From: Sideroxydans lithotrophicus ES-1
GTDB taxonomy: Bacteria; Pseudomonadota; Gammaproteobacteria; Burkholderiales; Gallionellaceae
DNA: 32,000 nucleotides
Direction of reading: 5' to 3'
Assembly (NCBI RefSeq): GCF_000025705.1
Contig: NC_013959.1
Span: 827,063-859,062, forward strand
Below, piece after piece: positions 20,330 through 28,571 of the stretch. The stretch's first letter is position 1, and each line of letters begins with the position of its first letter. The notes under the pieces were generated by a model, which worked only from the letters and a program-made list of their open reading frames with translations, made no database searches and was not told the origin of the DNA. The position numbers were made by a program, and so were the translations under genes.

Positions 20330-20372
20330 GTAACGTTGCTATGCGCCTATGTATTCAACGAGCCCAGCCAGT

Positions 20373-20485
20373 CCCCTCTCCCGCTCGCGGGAGAGGGTTA
20401 GGGAGAGGGAAGATATTTGAAATATTCATGTCATTTTCGAAATACGCTCTCTCCCCCCGCCCCTCTCCCACAAGTGGGCGAGGGG
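20373..20485. repeat. Composite GC-rich hairpin repeat (two ccctctccc-type hairpins flanking an AT-rich core)
   Basis: Hairpin 1: ccctctcccgc-tc-gcgggagaggg (20374-20397, perfect 11-bp stem). Hairpin 2: cccctctcccac-aa-gtgggcgagggg (20460-20485, 1 mismatch). The core contains atatttgaaatat. The element lies between rnfC and rnfD. Confidence 0.8.
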
Positions 20486-20507
20486 AGCTAATCGCAAGGA
20501 GGTCTTC

Positions 20508-21575
20508 ATGAACCCCATCGCACACTCCCCGCACGCACATGCTCCAGTCTCCATCGGCAAGGTGATGGGCACGGTATTGATCGCGCTCACTCCGGCCACA
20601 CTGTTCGGATTCTGGCTGTATGGCTGGCCTGCGATCAACCTGTGGGCAGTATCGCTGATCGCCGCCATCGTCGGCGAAGCTGTGGTCGTGAATCTGCAGG
20701 GACGCGCCGTGCGACCGGTGCTGATGGATGGTTCCGGCGTGCTGACCGCATGGTTGCTGGCAGTCTCGTTGCCGCCGTTCGCACCGTGGTGGATCGCCGC
20801 GCTGGGCAGCCTGTTCGCGGTCGTCATCGGCAAACAGGTGTTTGGCGGTCTGGGGCAGAACGTGTTCAACCCGGCGATGGCGGCGCGCGTGATGCTGCTG
20901 ATCTCGTTCCCGCTGGAGATGACTTCCTGGGTCGCGCCTGCGCCGCTGGGTTCGGCACATGCACCCGGTTGGCTGGACAGTTTGCGCATCACATTCATGA
21001 GCCAGCCGCTGGACGGCATGGCCAGCGCTTCGCTGCTCGGCCATGTGAAGACCGAATTCACGCGCGGTGTCGGACTGGATCAGGCGCTGGCCGGTTACTA
21101 CGCGCCGCTCGATGCGCTGTGGGGCAGCCGAGCCGGCAGCATGGGTGAGACGGCGGCGCTGTTGTTGCTGCTTGGTGGGCTGTATCTCATTGCCCGCCGC
21201 ATCATCACCTGGCATGCGCCTGTCGCCATGCTGCTCGGTGTGGCCGTGCCCGCTTTGATCTTCAATGCGATCAATGCCAACCATTACGCCGGGCCGATGT
21301 ACCACTTGCTGAGCGGCGGCCTGATCTTGGGGGCGTTCTTCATCGTCACCGATCCGGTGACCTCGCCGAATACCGCCTTGGGGCAGTTCATCTTCGGCTT
21401 CGGCTGCGGCGTGATGACCTGGATCATCCGCACTTGGGGCGGCTATCCGGAGGGTGTGGCGTTCGCCGTGATGCTGATGAACACGTTGACGCCGCTGATC
21501 GACCAGTACGTCAAGCCGCGCATCTATGGGCGCGACCGTAAGGGTGTGGCGTTGTCCGTGAACAAGGGGTCGTGA
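20508..21575 (+). CDS. rnfD: Rnf electron transport complex subunit D
   Basis: 355 aa polytopic membrane protein, AAGGAGG RBS. Motifs: GKQVFGGLGQNVFNPAM, FIVTDPVTSP. Confidence 0.93.
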   Translation: MNPIAHSPHAHAPVSIGKVMGTVLIALTPATLFGFWLYGWPAINLWAVSLIAAIVGEAVVVNLQGRAVRPVLMDGSGVLTAWLLAVSLPPFAPWWIAALGSLFAVVIGKQVFGGLGQNVFNPAMAARVMLLISFPLEMTSWVAPAPLGSAHAPGWLDSLRITFMSQPLDGMASASLLGHVKTEFTRGVGLDQALAGYYAPLDALWGSRAGSMGETAALLLLLGGLYLIARRIITWHAPVAMLLGVAVPALIFNAINANHYAGPMYHLLSGGLILGAFFIVTDPVTSPNTALGQFIFGFGCGVMTWIIRTWGGYPEGVAFAVMLMNTLTPLIDQYVKPRIYGRDRKGVALSVNKGS

Positions 21576-21576
21576 G

Positions 21577-22206
21577 ATGAAGCTCGAAGAGTTGCGCGGC
21601 AAATTGAGTTACCAGGGGATATTGCTCGGCGGGGTGGCGTTGCTCACCAGCGGGGCGCTCGCGATCGCGGCCCACCTCACCGCTGCCGACATCAAGGCGG
21701 CGGAGACTGCGGACCTCAAGCAATCGCTGACGCAGGTGCTGCCGGGTGAATACGACAACGATCTGCTCAAGGACACCGTCACTTTGCCGGGCAAGGATGG
21801 TGATGTGCTGGTCTATCGCGCGCGCCGCCAGGGCAAAGTGGAAGCGGTGGTGTATCGCATGATCGGACACGGCTATGCCGGGGCGCTGGTGTGCGTGATG
21901 GGGGTGTCGCGCGAGGGCAGGATACTGGGGGTGCGCGTGATCAAGCATGCAGAGACGCCGGGGCTGGGTGACAAGATCGATCCGGCCAAGAGCAACTGGA
22001 TCCATTCCTTCGAGGGCAAGTGGCTGGGCGATCCCGTGCCGGACAAATGGGCGGTGAAAAAAGATGGCGGTGTGTTCGACCAGTTCGCCGGTGCGACCAT
22101 CACCCCGCGCGGCGTGGTCAAGGCAGTGAAGGAAGGGCTGGAGTTCTTTGATGCGAATCGGACTGCATTGCTCGATGGGGCTACAGTGGAAGGAATCAAG
22201 CCATGA
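21577..22206 (+). CDS. rnfG: Rnf electron transport complex subunit G
   Basis: 209 aa. It starts 1 nt after the rnfD stop. N-terminal TM; FMN-attachment region FDQFAGATITPRGV. Confidence 0.9.
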   Translation: MKLEELRGKLSYQGILLGGVALLTSGALAIAAHLTAADIKAAETADLKQSLTQVLPGEYDNDLLKDTVTLPGKDGDVLVYRARRQGKVEAVVYRMIGHGYAGALVCVMGVSREGRILGVRVIKHAETPGLGDKIDPAKSNWIHSFEGKWLGDPVPDKWAVKKDGGVFDQFAGATITPRGVVKAVKEGLEFFDANRTALLDGATVEGIKP

Positions 22207-22220
22207 GCCCTTTGTTCACC

Positions 22221-22346
22221 CGTCATTCCGGCGCAGGCCGGAAGCCAGCAAGAAATATATTCCGCGAAGCGGACAAAAACGAAATTTCATCCCGCTTCGC
22301 GGGTAATCATTGGACTGTCTGGATTCCGGCCTGCGCCGGAATGACG
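22221..22346. repeat. MITE/REP-like palindromic element, copy 2
   Basis: cgtcattccggcgcaggccggaagcca (22221-22247) pairs with tggattccggcctgcgccggaatgacg (22320-22346). The right arm is identical to that of copy 1. Internal hairpins: tccgcgaagcgga and cccgcttcgcggg. The element lies between rnfG and rnfE. Confidence 0.85.
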
Positions 22347-22374
22347 AAGTTTGCAATCGCGGGGGGTATTTGAT

Positions 22375-23055
22375 ATGAGCGGGAGTTACGCACGCATCAC
22401 CAGGGATGGACTTTGGGACAACAACATCGTTTTCGCGCAGATACTCGGCATGTGCCCGACCATGGCGGTGACCAGCAGTGCCACCAACGGTCTCGGCATG
22501 GGATTGGCAACCACGGCGGTGTTGCTGGCATCGAACGCGATCATCTCGGCGGCGCGCGACCTGATCAGTCCGGATGTGCGCATCCCGGTGTATATCGTGC
22601 TGATCGCCACGCTGGTCACGTTGGTGGATGTGAGCCTGAACGCATGGGCGCATGACCTCTACAAGGTGCTCGGCTTGTACATCGCGCTGATCGTGGCGAA
22701 CTGCGCGGTGCTGGGACGTGCCGAAGCGTTCGCCGCCAAGGTCGGCGTGGGCGAGGCGGCGATGGATGGCTTGATGATGGGGCTCGGGTTCACTTTGGCG
22801 CTGACCACCATCGGCGGTATCCGCGAAGTGCTGGGGGCGGGAACGTTGTTCGCCAATGCACATCTGCTGCTGGGACCTGCCTTCGCATTCCTGGAGACGA
22901 CGGTGATACCCGATTACAAAGGCTACCTGTTGATGATCCTTCCTCCGGGCGGTTTCATGGTGCTTGGTTTCCTGCTGGCAGCCCGCCGCGTCATCGAGCG
23001 TCGCCGTGCCGAGCGTGCTGCAGTTGCAGCGGTGCCTGAAGCGGTCGCGGGTTAG
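22375..23055 (+). CDS. rnfE: Rnf electron transport complex subunit E
   Basis: The track ORF starts at 22351. I prefer the ATG at 22375 (MSGSYARITRDGLWDNNIVFAQILGMCP). Motif: LGLYIALIVANCAVLGRAEAFA. Confidence 0.9.
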   Translation: MSGSYARITRDGLWDNNIVFAQILGMCPTMAVTSSATNGLGMGLATTAVLLASNAIISAARDLISPDVRIPVYIVLIATLVTLVDVSLNAWAHDLYKVLGLYIALIVANCAVLGRAEAFAAKVGVGEAAMDGLMMGLGFTLALTTIGGIREVLGAGTLFANAHLLLGPAFAFLETTVIPDYKGYLLMILPPGGFMVLGFLLAARRVIERRRAERAAVAAVPEAVAG

Positions 23056-23063
23056 GAGGGCAT

Positions 23064-23345
23064 ATGCAAATCGGAGTCGCCTATTCTGAACCTGCGCAGC
23101 AGCTCTGGCTGCGTATCGAAGTCCCTGACGAAGCCACCGTGCAGGCCGCCATCGAACAATCCGGGATACTGAAAAAATTCCCGGATATCGATTTGAGTAC
23201 ATGTGCAGTCGGTATCTTCGGTAAAATGGCGCAGCTGGATGCGCAGCTCAAGCCCGGCGACCGCGTGGAGATATATCGCGCCATCACCGCGGATCCAGCC
23301 ACAGTGCCGCGCCGCCGCATCGAGGGCGAAGACGACGAAGACTAA
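23064..23345 (+). CDS. rnfH: RnfH family ubiquitin-like protein
   Basis: 93 aa, AGGAGG RBS, 8 nt after rnfE. Motifs: QIGVAYSEPAQQLWLRIEVP, LKPGDRVEIYR. Confidence 0.85.
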   Translation: MQIGVAYSEPAQQLWLRIEVPDEATVQAAIEQSGILKKFPDIDLSTCAVGIFGKMAQLDAQLKPGDRVEIYRAITADPATVPRRRIEGEDDED

Positions 23346-23366
23346 CGTTACCGATTAAGGAACAGG

Positions 23367-24605
23367 ATGGAATCCTCCGCATCTTTGGAACTCGCGAAAC
23401 ACACGTTACTGGTTTTTGGCATCATCCTCGGCATCGGAACTTTCTCCGGATTCCTGGCACGCATACTGCGCGTACCCGATGTGGTCGTCTTCCTGCTGGT
23501 CGGCATGCTGATCGGCCCAGGCATGCTGGGCTTTGTGGACATCAAGGCGGACTCTACCGTCAACCAGCTGATCCTGATCTTCGGTTCGAGCTACATCCTG
23601 TTCGACGGCGGCGCTTCGATCCGGCTCAAGGTGCTGAAAGAGGTATGGGTCACCATCGTGGTGCTCGCCACCATCGGTGTGCTGATCTCTGCCGCCATCA
23701 CCGGTGTGGCGGCTTATTACCTGTTGAATGTCCCCGTCATCGTGGCGCTGCTGCTTGGCGCGACGATAGCTTCCACCGATCCGGCCACGCTGGTGCCGGT
23801 GTTCAAACAGATCAGGATCAAGGATCGCGTTGCCCAGACGGTGATGAGCGAGTCGGCATTCAACGATGCGATGGGTGCCATCATCACATTCACGGTGCTT
23901 CATGTTGCGATGGGTGCCGGCGAATTTTCCGTGACCGATTCACTCATCGACCTGGTCAAACAATCGCTGTTCGGTATCGTGATAGGCGGTGTGCTGGGGT
24001 ATCTGGCTGCCTTCATGATCTCGCACGAGAAGTTCGGCTTCCTTGCCGAATACGCGCCGGTGGTCACCCTGATGGCCGTGATCGGCGCCTACATGAGCGC
24101 AGACGGATTGCATTCCAGCGGTTTCATGGCGGTGTTCGTGTTCGGCATCATGCTCGGCAATCAGGAGTCGCTCGGCTTCCAGCGCGGCCATCACGATGAG
24201 GCTATCCTTGAGGATTTCATCCTGACCACCGCGCTGATCATGCGCATGTTCATCTTCATTCTGCTAGGCGCACAGGTCGATTTCGGCCTGATGAACAAGT
24301 ACTTGTATGCGGGTGTGGCAGTGGTGACGATCTTCATGCTGGTGGGGCGCCCGGCCACCGTGTTCCTGTGCGCATTGCCGGATCGCCGCGCCAAGTGGAC
24401 TCTTAAAGAGATGCTGTTCATGTGCTGGACGCGCGAGACCGGCGTCATCCCCGGTGCACTGGCCGGCATGCTGGTTGGCATGAAAGCGCCCGGCGCACAG
24501 ATCATCGCTTCGGTCACTTTCATCGCCATCCTGATGACCATCCTGATCCAGGCTACGACCACCAAATGGCTGGCGAAGAAACTCGATCTGCTGGTCGAGA
24601 AATAG
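23367..24605 (+). CDS. Cation/proton antiporter (Na+/H+ exchanger family, CPA1-like)
   Basis: 412 aa with about 11-12 hydrophobic segments. Motifs: ATIASTDPATLVPVF, SESAFNDAMGAI. It starts 21 nt after the rnfH stop and has an AAGGA RBS. Confidence 0.8.
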   Translation: MESSASLELAKHTLLVFGIILGIGTFSGFLARILRVPDVVVFLLVGMLIGPGMLGFVDIKADSTVNQLILIFGSSYILFDGGASIRLKVLKEVWVTIVVLATIGVLISAAITGVAAYYLLNVPVIVALLLGATIASTDPATLVPVFKQIRIKDRVAQTVMSESAFNDAMGAIITFTVLHVAMGAGEFSVTDSLIDLVKQSLFGIVIGGVLGYLAAFMISHEKFGFLAEYAPVVTLMAVIGAYMSADGLHSSGFMAVFVFGIMLGNQESLGFQRGHHDEAILEDFILTTALIMRMFIFILLGAQVDFGLMNKYLYAGVAVVTIFMLVGRPATVFLCALPDRRAKWTLKEMLFMCWTRETGVIPGALAGMLVGMKAPGAQIIASVTFIAILMTILIQATTTKWLAKKLDLLVEK

Positions 24606-24624
24606 ATCTGCATATGCTTTGAAC

Positions 24625-24643
24625 GGGCAAGTGTCGCTTGCCC
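24625..24643 (+). terminator. Weak hairpin after the antiporter gene
   Basis: gggcaag-tgtcg-cttgccc, 20 nt after the stop. There is no T-tract, so terminator function is doubtful. Confidence 0.25.
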
Positions 24644-24876
24644 CATGGTCCGTTCCCGCGCTGTTGTTCTGAAAACCATGCAGTCGGTACAGCTGCCGCA
24701 ACGCGGACTGGACGAGACGGATTCAGCGCCCGATCGATTGAACAAACCTCAGCCAGGAGGTGTCTGACTGCTGGGAATCAAAACGGATTTCACCATAAAT
24801 CGGGGTTGCGCCCGGCCGGTCGTCGCAAACGCATACCAACAAGACGCCGGTTCGCCCCACCTTGGTAAGGCCGCCT

Positions 24877-26169
24877 ATGGACACTTCTTACGCAATCTAT
24901 CTGCTGTTCTTTGCCTTCGTGCTGCTCTTCTACCTGCGCAGCCGACTCAAGGGCGAGAGTTCGTCCGTCGAAGTGCTCAATGAATGCCTCGAAGCTGGAT
25001 TGACGGAACCCTCGACCCTGCATCCCGAGATCGACCCCAGGCTTTGTCTGGGGGCAGGCAGCTGTGTCGCAGCCTGCCCGGAAGGTGCGCTCGGCATGAT
25101 CAATGGCAAAGGAACGCTGATCAACCCGACCGTCTGCATCGGGCATGGTGCGTGCGAGGCGGCCTGTCCGCACGATGCGATCAAGCTGGTCTTCGGCACT
25201 GAACGACGCGGCATGGATATTCCGCAAGTCGATCCGCATTTCGAGACCAATGTGCCCGGCATCTTCATTGCGGGCGAACTCGGCGGCATGGGGTTGCTGC
25301 ACAAGGCGGCAGGGCAAGGCAGCCGGGCAATTGAATATATCGCCGGACTCAAGGGCAACAAGAATCCCTACGATGTGGTCATCATCGGCGCGGGACCGGC
25401 CGGCCTGGCGGCGACGCTGGGAGCGATCGAACGCAAGTTACGTTATGTCACCATCGAGCAGGAAACTTCACTCGGCGGAGCCATGTTTAAGTACCCGCGC
25501 CACAAGATCGTCATGACTTCTCCTGCGGAATTGCCAATCGTCGGAAAAATGCAATTCAAGGAAGTGAGCAAGGAAGCACTGCTGGAGTTCTGGCACGGCG
25601 TCATTGCGCAGACCGGCATGCAGCTGAATTACGAAGAGCGCATGGAGGACATCACCAAAACCGACAATGGCTTTGTCGTCAAAACCACCAAAGGCTCATA
25701 TGAAACCCGTGCCGTGTTGCTTGCCATAGGACGTCGCGGTACACCGCGCAAACTGGGCGTGCCCGGCGAAGAGCTGCCGAAAGTTGTGTACCATCTGGTC
25801 GATCCAGAACAATATTGCAACCAGCATGTCATGGTTGTGGGCGGTGGTGACAGCGCGCTCGAGGCCGCGATCGCCATTGCCGAACAACCGGGAACAACCG
25901 TCACGCTCTCCTATCGGAGCGAGGCATTCGGGCGCGGCAAAACGAAGAATCGCGAACGCTTGAAGGAGATGACGGACAAGGGGCGGATCACGGTACTGCT
26001 GAAATCGAACGTGAAACAGGTCAGCAAAGGCAAGATCCTGCTGGAACAGGAAAGCAGGATGATCGAGATGCCCAACGATGCGGTCATCGTGTGCGCAGGC
26101 GGCATCCTGCCCACACCGTTCCTCAAGCAGATCGGCGTGATGGTCGAAACGAAATTCGGCACCGCATAG
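24877..26169 (+). CDS. Membrane-anchored ferredoxin-domain / TrxR-like FAD-NAD(P)H oxidoreductase fusion
   Basis: The ORF begins at 24862; the ATG at 24877 (MDTSYAIYLLFFAFVLLFYL, TM helix) is also possible. Two Fe-S motifs: CLGAGSCVAACP and CIGHGACEAACP. FAD Rossmann motif DVVIIGAGPAGLAA; NAD(P)H Rossmann motif VMVVGGGDSALEAA. There is no redox CxxC between them. Confidence 0.75.
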   Translation: MDTSYAIYLLFFAFVLLFYLRSRLKGESSSVEVLNECLEAGLTEPSTLHPEIDPRLCLGAGSCVAACPEGALGMINGKGTLINPTVCIGHGACEAACPHDAIKLVFGTERRGMDIPQVDPHFETNVPGIFIAGELGGMGLLHKAAGQGSRAIEYIAGLKGNKNPYDVVIIGAGPAGLAATLGAIERKLRYVTIEQETSLGGAMFKYPRHKIVMTSPAELPIVGKMQFKEVSKEALLEFWHGVIAQTGMQLNYEERMEDITKTDNGFVVKTTKGSYETRAVLLAIGRRGTPRKLGVPGEELPKVVYHLVDPEQYCNQHVMVVGGGDSALEAAIAIAEQPGTTVTLSYRSEAFGRGKTKNRERLKEMTDKGRITVLLKSNVKQVSKGKILLEQESRMIEMPNDAVIVCAGGILPTPFLKQIGVMVETKFGTA

Positions 26170-26209
26170 AAAAACCTGCAGCTTGCGATACAGCCAGCCT
26201 CGCCATCGC

Positions 26210-28444
26210 TCAGAAATCCCAGCGCAGGCCAAGTGAATAGAAGACTCGGCTGGTATCGCTGTTGCTGATCGGGCCGCTGAATTTCAGCTTCTGGTAGCCC
26301 AAACTGGTGTCGACAGTGAATTGCTGTTTGAAGCGATATGAACCGCGCAGCAACGGCATGATCTGTTTGGTCGCACCACCGAATTGGTCTTTGAAGCTTG
26401 ACCACTGCAAGGTCGTATCCACCAGCCAGTTGCTGCCGACCGGCGTGTGATTGTAGAGAAAGATGGAGTTGCCATTTACGTAGCTGCTGCTGCTGAAGGT
26501 GAAGCTGCCAGACCAGACATCTCCCGGGTTGTGCAGGCCGCTGCCGATAAGTTGTGCAGTCATGCTCCTTTCCAGCCCCCGCGGCGGCTGGGCGACAATA
26601 CAACCTTGAGGTGTTGTCGTGCCGGAACATTGAATTGGCAACTGGGTAACTGGATCTATGGCTGGATTCAGGGTTTGGCCACTGCTTCCCAAACCGGTTG
26701 TATTCGTAAGACGGAAATCGCCGCCGATCTGCCACTTTTCGTGCAGCGTGTGCGTGATGCCGAACTGCCCTATATTGGAAATTGCGGTGCGTGCCAATGC
26801 CAGATCGCGCAAGCTGTCGACCGACATGGTTTGCAGCAAAGTGCCGATCGATGAAGTCGTGGCGCCATTCAGTGCATTGCGGATACTCAAGGACGGGGTC
26901 TTGATGTGATCCAGCAAGATGCTTAGCGTGGTGTTGGGCAACAGGGAAATTCCTCTGGCCGTTCCCGTGAATTCGGCTGCATTCACTGCTTTGAAATACG
27001 TATCGTAATCAAGCAGGCCATATGCGTTCCGCTTGTCGTCAAAATACCGGAACTCCGAACCCACTGCCCGCCGGTCGAGCGTACCTTCCACCGTTTGGTT
27101 GATCCCGTAAAACGAGAATGCCCCTTTGTCCATGCTCGCACCAAAGAATCTCGGCTTACTACCCTGCATGGATTCCGACAGCGCTCCCGCAACACCGTTT
27201 ACGCGCAACTCCTGCGGCGCGCCATACGATGCCGCCACGCCGTCGAAACGCCCCAGCACTCCGGCGCCCGTGGCTGACTGCCGCCCCACCCGCATCAGGT
27301 AATTGCTGGTACGCCCCTTGATCTCGCCGTAGGCGGTATATACCTTGTTCTGGCCGGGCTGGCCGGAAAGAAAGTTGCGGGTGTCCACGTCGCTGAATAC
27401 CAGACGCTTGTCGTTGTTTTCGCTGCGGTAACGTTCGGAGGCGTCCACAGTGCTGATCAGCATGGATTGGTCGACCTGCGACAGTGAGCTGGTTGTTGTC
27501 TGTCCATTGAACGTGTTGGTGGTCGAGATGCTGCTATTGCCGTGATAGTAGGTTGACGAGATGCTGCCGAAAGTCGTAATGACGGTCTTCTGGCTTTGCA
27601 CGGCGCCGGCAACAGTCAGTTGCGGGCTCGTGCCAGGCTTCCCGGAAAGTTCGAGCAGGCGCTGCGCCACGCGTTCCGCGCCGGCATCTTTCGGATAAAG
27701 TTTCAGGTACAGGTCATACTCGACTTTTGCCCTGTCGATCTGGCCGGCGCGTTGGCGTGCCACCCCGACCCATTCCTGGCCGATTTGCGTGTACTCGTTT
27801 GGCGGCAGCAGCAGTAGCTTGTTCAGCAGGCCCACTGCGTCATCGTTCTTCCCGGCTGCCAACGCATCGCGTCCCTGCACCAGCAGGGCGCGCGCTTCCT
27901 TGTTTATCCTGACCTCGGCGGCGACTTCTTCAGGAGTCAAATTGGCGCGGGTTGCGGGCTTTCTTTCCGGTTCGATCATGGGCAAGGAAGGTAGTTGTTC
28001 CCGGGCTGCCGGCCGTTTTTCCGGACGGATAGTGATCAGGAAACTCCGGTTGTCGCTGCCCGCGGCGATGCTGAATTCCGCTGCGTGTTCGAACTCGATG
28101 ACCAGCCGCGGCCTGGTTGCCTGATCGCGCGTAGTCACGGTAAAGCCCGGAATAAGCGGGGAAGGTGGGGACCTGCGCACTTCATTGTCCTGCCAAGTCT
28201 CGGTGAAGGTCGCGTCTTGTACTCGGTCGTAATAGATTTGCAGTGTTTTGCCGCGGTGGGCGGGAAAATGGCGCAGGTAATGCACGGGCCCAGACAGGTT
28301 GATCGTGGCGACGATGCCCTCCTTTTCATAATCGAGACTGATGTCTTCCAGCGGCGGCTGGGCAAGCGCGCTGAATGAAATTGCAGATAGCAACAGGAGT
28401 CCTGGCAATTCCCGATACAGTCTGAAAGTAAGCTTGGGAGTCAT
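26210..28444 (-). CDS. Large outer-membrane protein: signal peptide + AMIN-like domain + TPR + C-terminal beta-barrel (putative porin of the cytochrome cluster)
   Basis: The ATG at 28444 is preceded by GGAGAA (MTPKLTFRLYRELPGLLLLSAISFSALA). N-terminal segment: IVATINLSGPVHY...RPRLVIEFEH. TPR-like segment: AKVEYDLYLKLYPKDAGAERVAQRLLEL. The last ~470 aa have alternating beta-strand-like, Gly/Ser/Thr/Asn/Tyr-rich sequence and end in the OMP signature SLGLRWDF. Confidence 0.7.
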   Translation of the reverse strand: MTPKLTFRLYRELPGLLLLSAISFSALAQPPLEDISLDYEKEGIVATINLSGPVHYLRHFPAHRGKTLQIYYDRVQDATFTETWQDNEVRRSPPSPLIPGFTVTTRDQATRPRLVIEFEHAAEFSIAAGSDNRSFLITIRPEKRPAAREQLPSLPMIEPERKPATRANLTPEEVAAEVRINKEARALLVQGRDALAAGKNDDAVGLLNKLLLLPPNEYTQIGQEWVGVARQRAGQIDRAKVEYDLYLKLYPKDAGAERVAQRLLELSGKPGTSPQLTVAGAVQSQKTVITTFGSISSTYYHGNSSISTTNTFNGQTTTSSLSQVDQSMLISTVDASERYRSENNDKRLVFSDVDTRNFLSGQPGQNKVYTAYGEIKGRTSNYLMRVGRQSATGAGVLGRFDGVAASYGAPQELRVNGVAGALSESMQGSKPRFFGASMDKGAFSFYGINQTVEGTLDRRAVGSEFRYFDDKRNAYGLLDYDTYFKAVNAAEFTGTARGISLLPNTTLSILLDHIKTPSLSIRNALNGATTSSIGTLLQTMSVDSLRDLALARTAISNIGQFGITHTLHEKWQIGGDFRLTNTTGLGSSGQTLNPAIDPVTQLPIQCSGTTTPQGCIVAQPPRGLERSMTAQLIGSGLHNPGDVWSGSFTFSSSSYVNGNSIFLYNHTPVGSNWLVDTTLQWSSFKDQFGGATKQIMPLLRGSYRFKQQFTVDTSLGYQKLKFSGPISNSDTSRVFYSLGLRWDF

Positions 28445-28529
28445 TGCATTCTCCAGCCGGGTTACGGTTGCATATGTGCCAGTTGAGTGAAGCGACAGCT
28501 TCAGCAAATTGCGTAACAGCCAAAGGAAT

Positions 28530-28556
28530 GCCGCACGAATATTTCATTTGTGCGGC
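28530..28556 (-). other. Hairpin in the 127-bp spacer between the 18-haem cytochrome gene and the OMP gene
   Basis: The minus strand reads GCCGCAC-aaatgaaatattc-GTGCGGC, followed by ATTCCTTTGG. It may be a partial terminator or a processing site. Confidence 0.3.
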
Positions 28557-28571
28557 CATCCTTCCTGAGGA

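Noticed and set aside
19058-23202. Long minus-strand ORFs opposite rnfC, rnfD and rnfE (19058-20122, 20355-21602, 22216-23202)
   Set aside because: They are Arg/His/Asp/Gln-rich shadow ORFs antisense to clearly identifiable Rnf subunits. None has an RBS or recognisable motifs.
28466-28481. TGGCACATATGCAACC (minus strand) upstream of the OMP gene as a sigma54 promoter
   Set aside because: No GC dinucleotide sits at the required N10 spacing from the GG. This is a chance match to the -24 half only.
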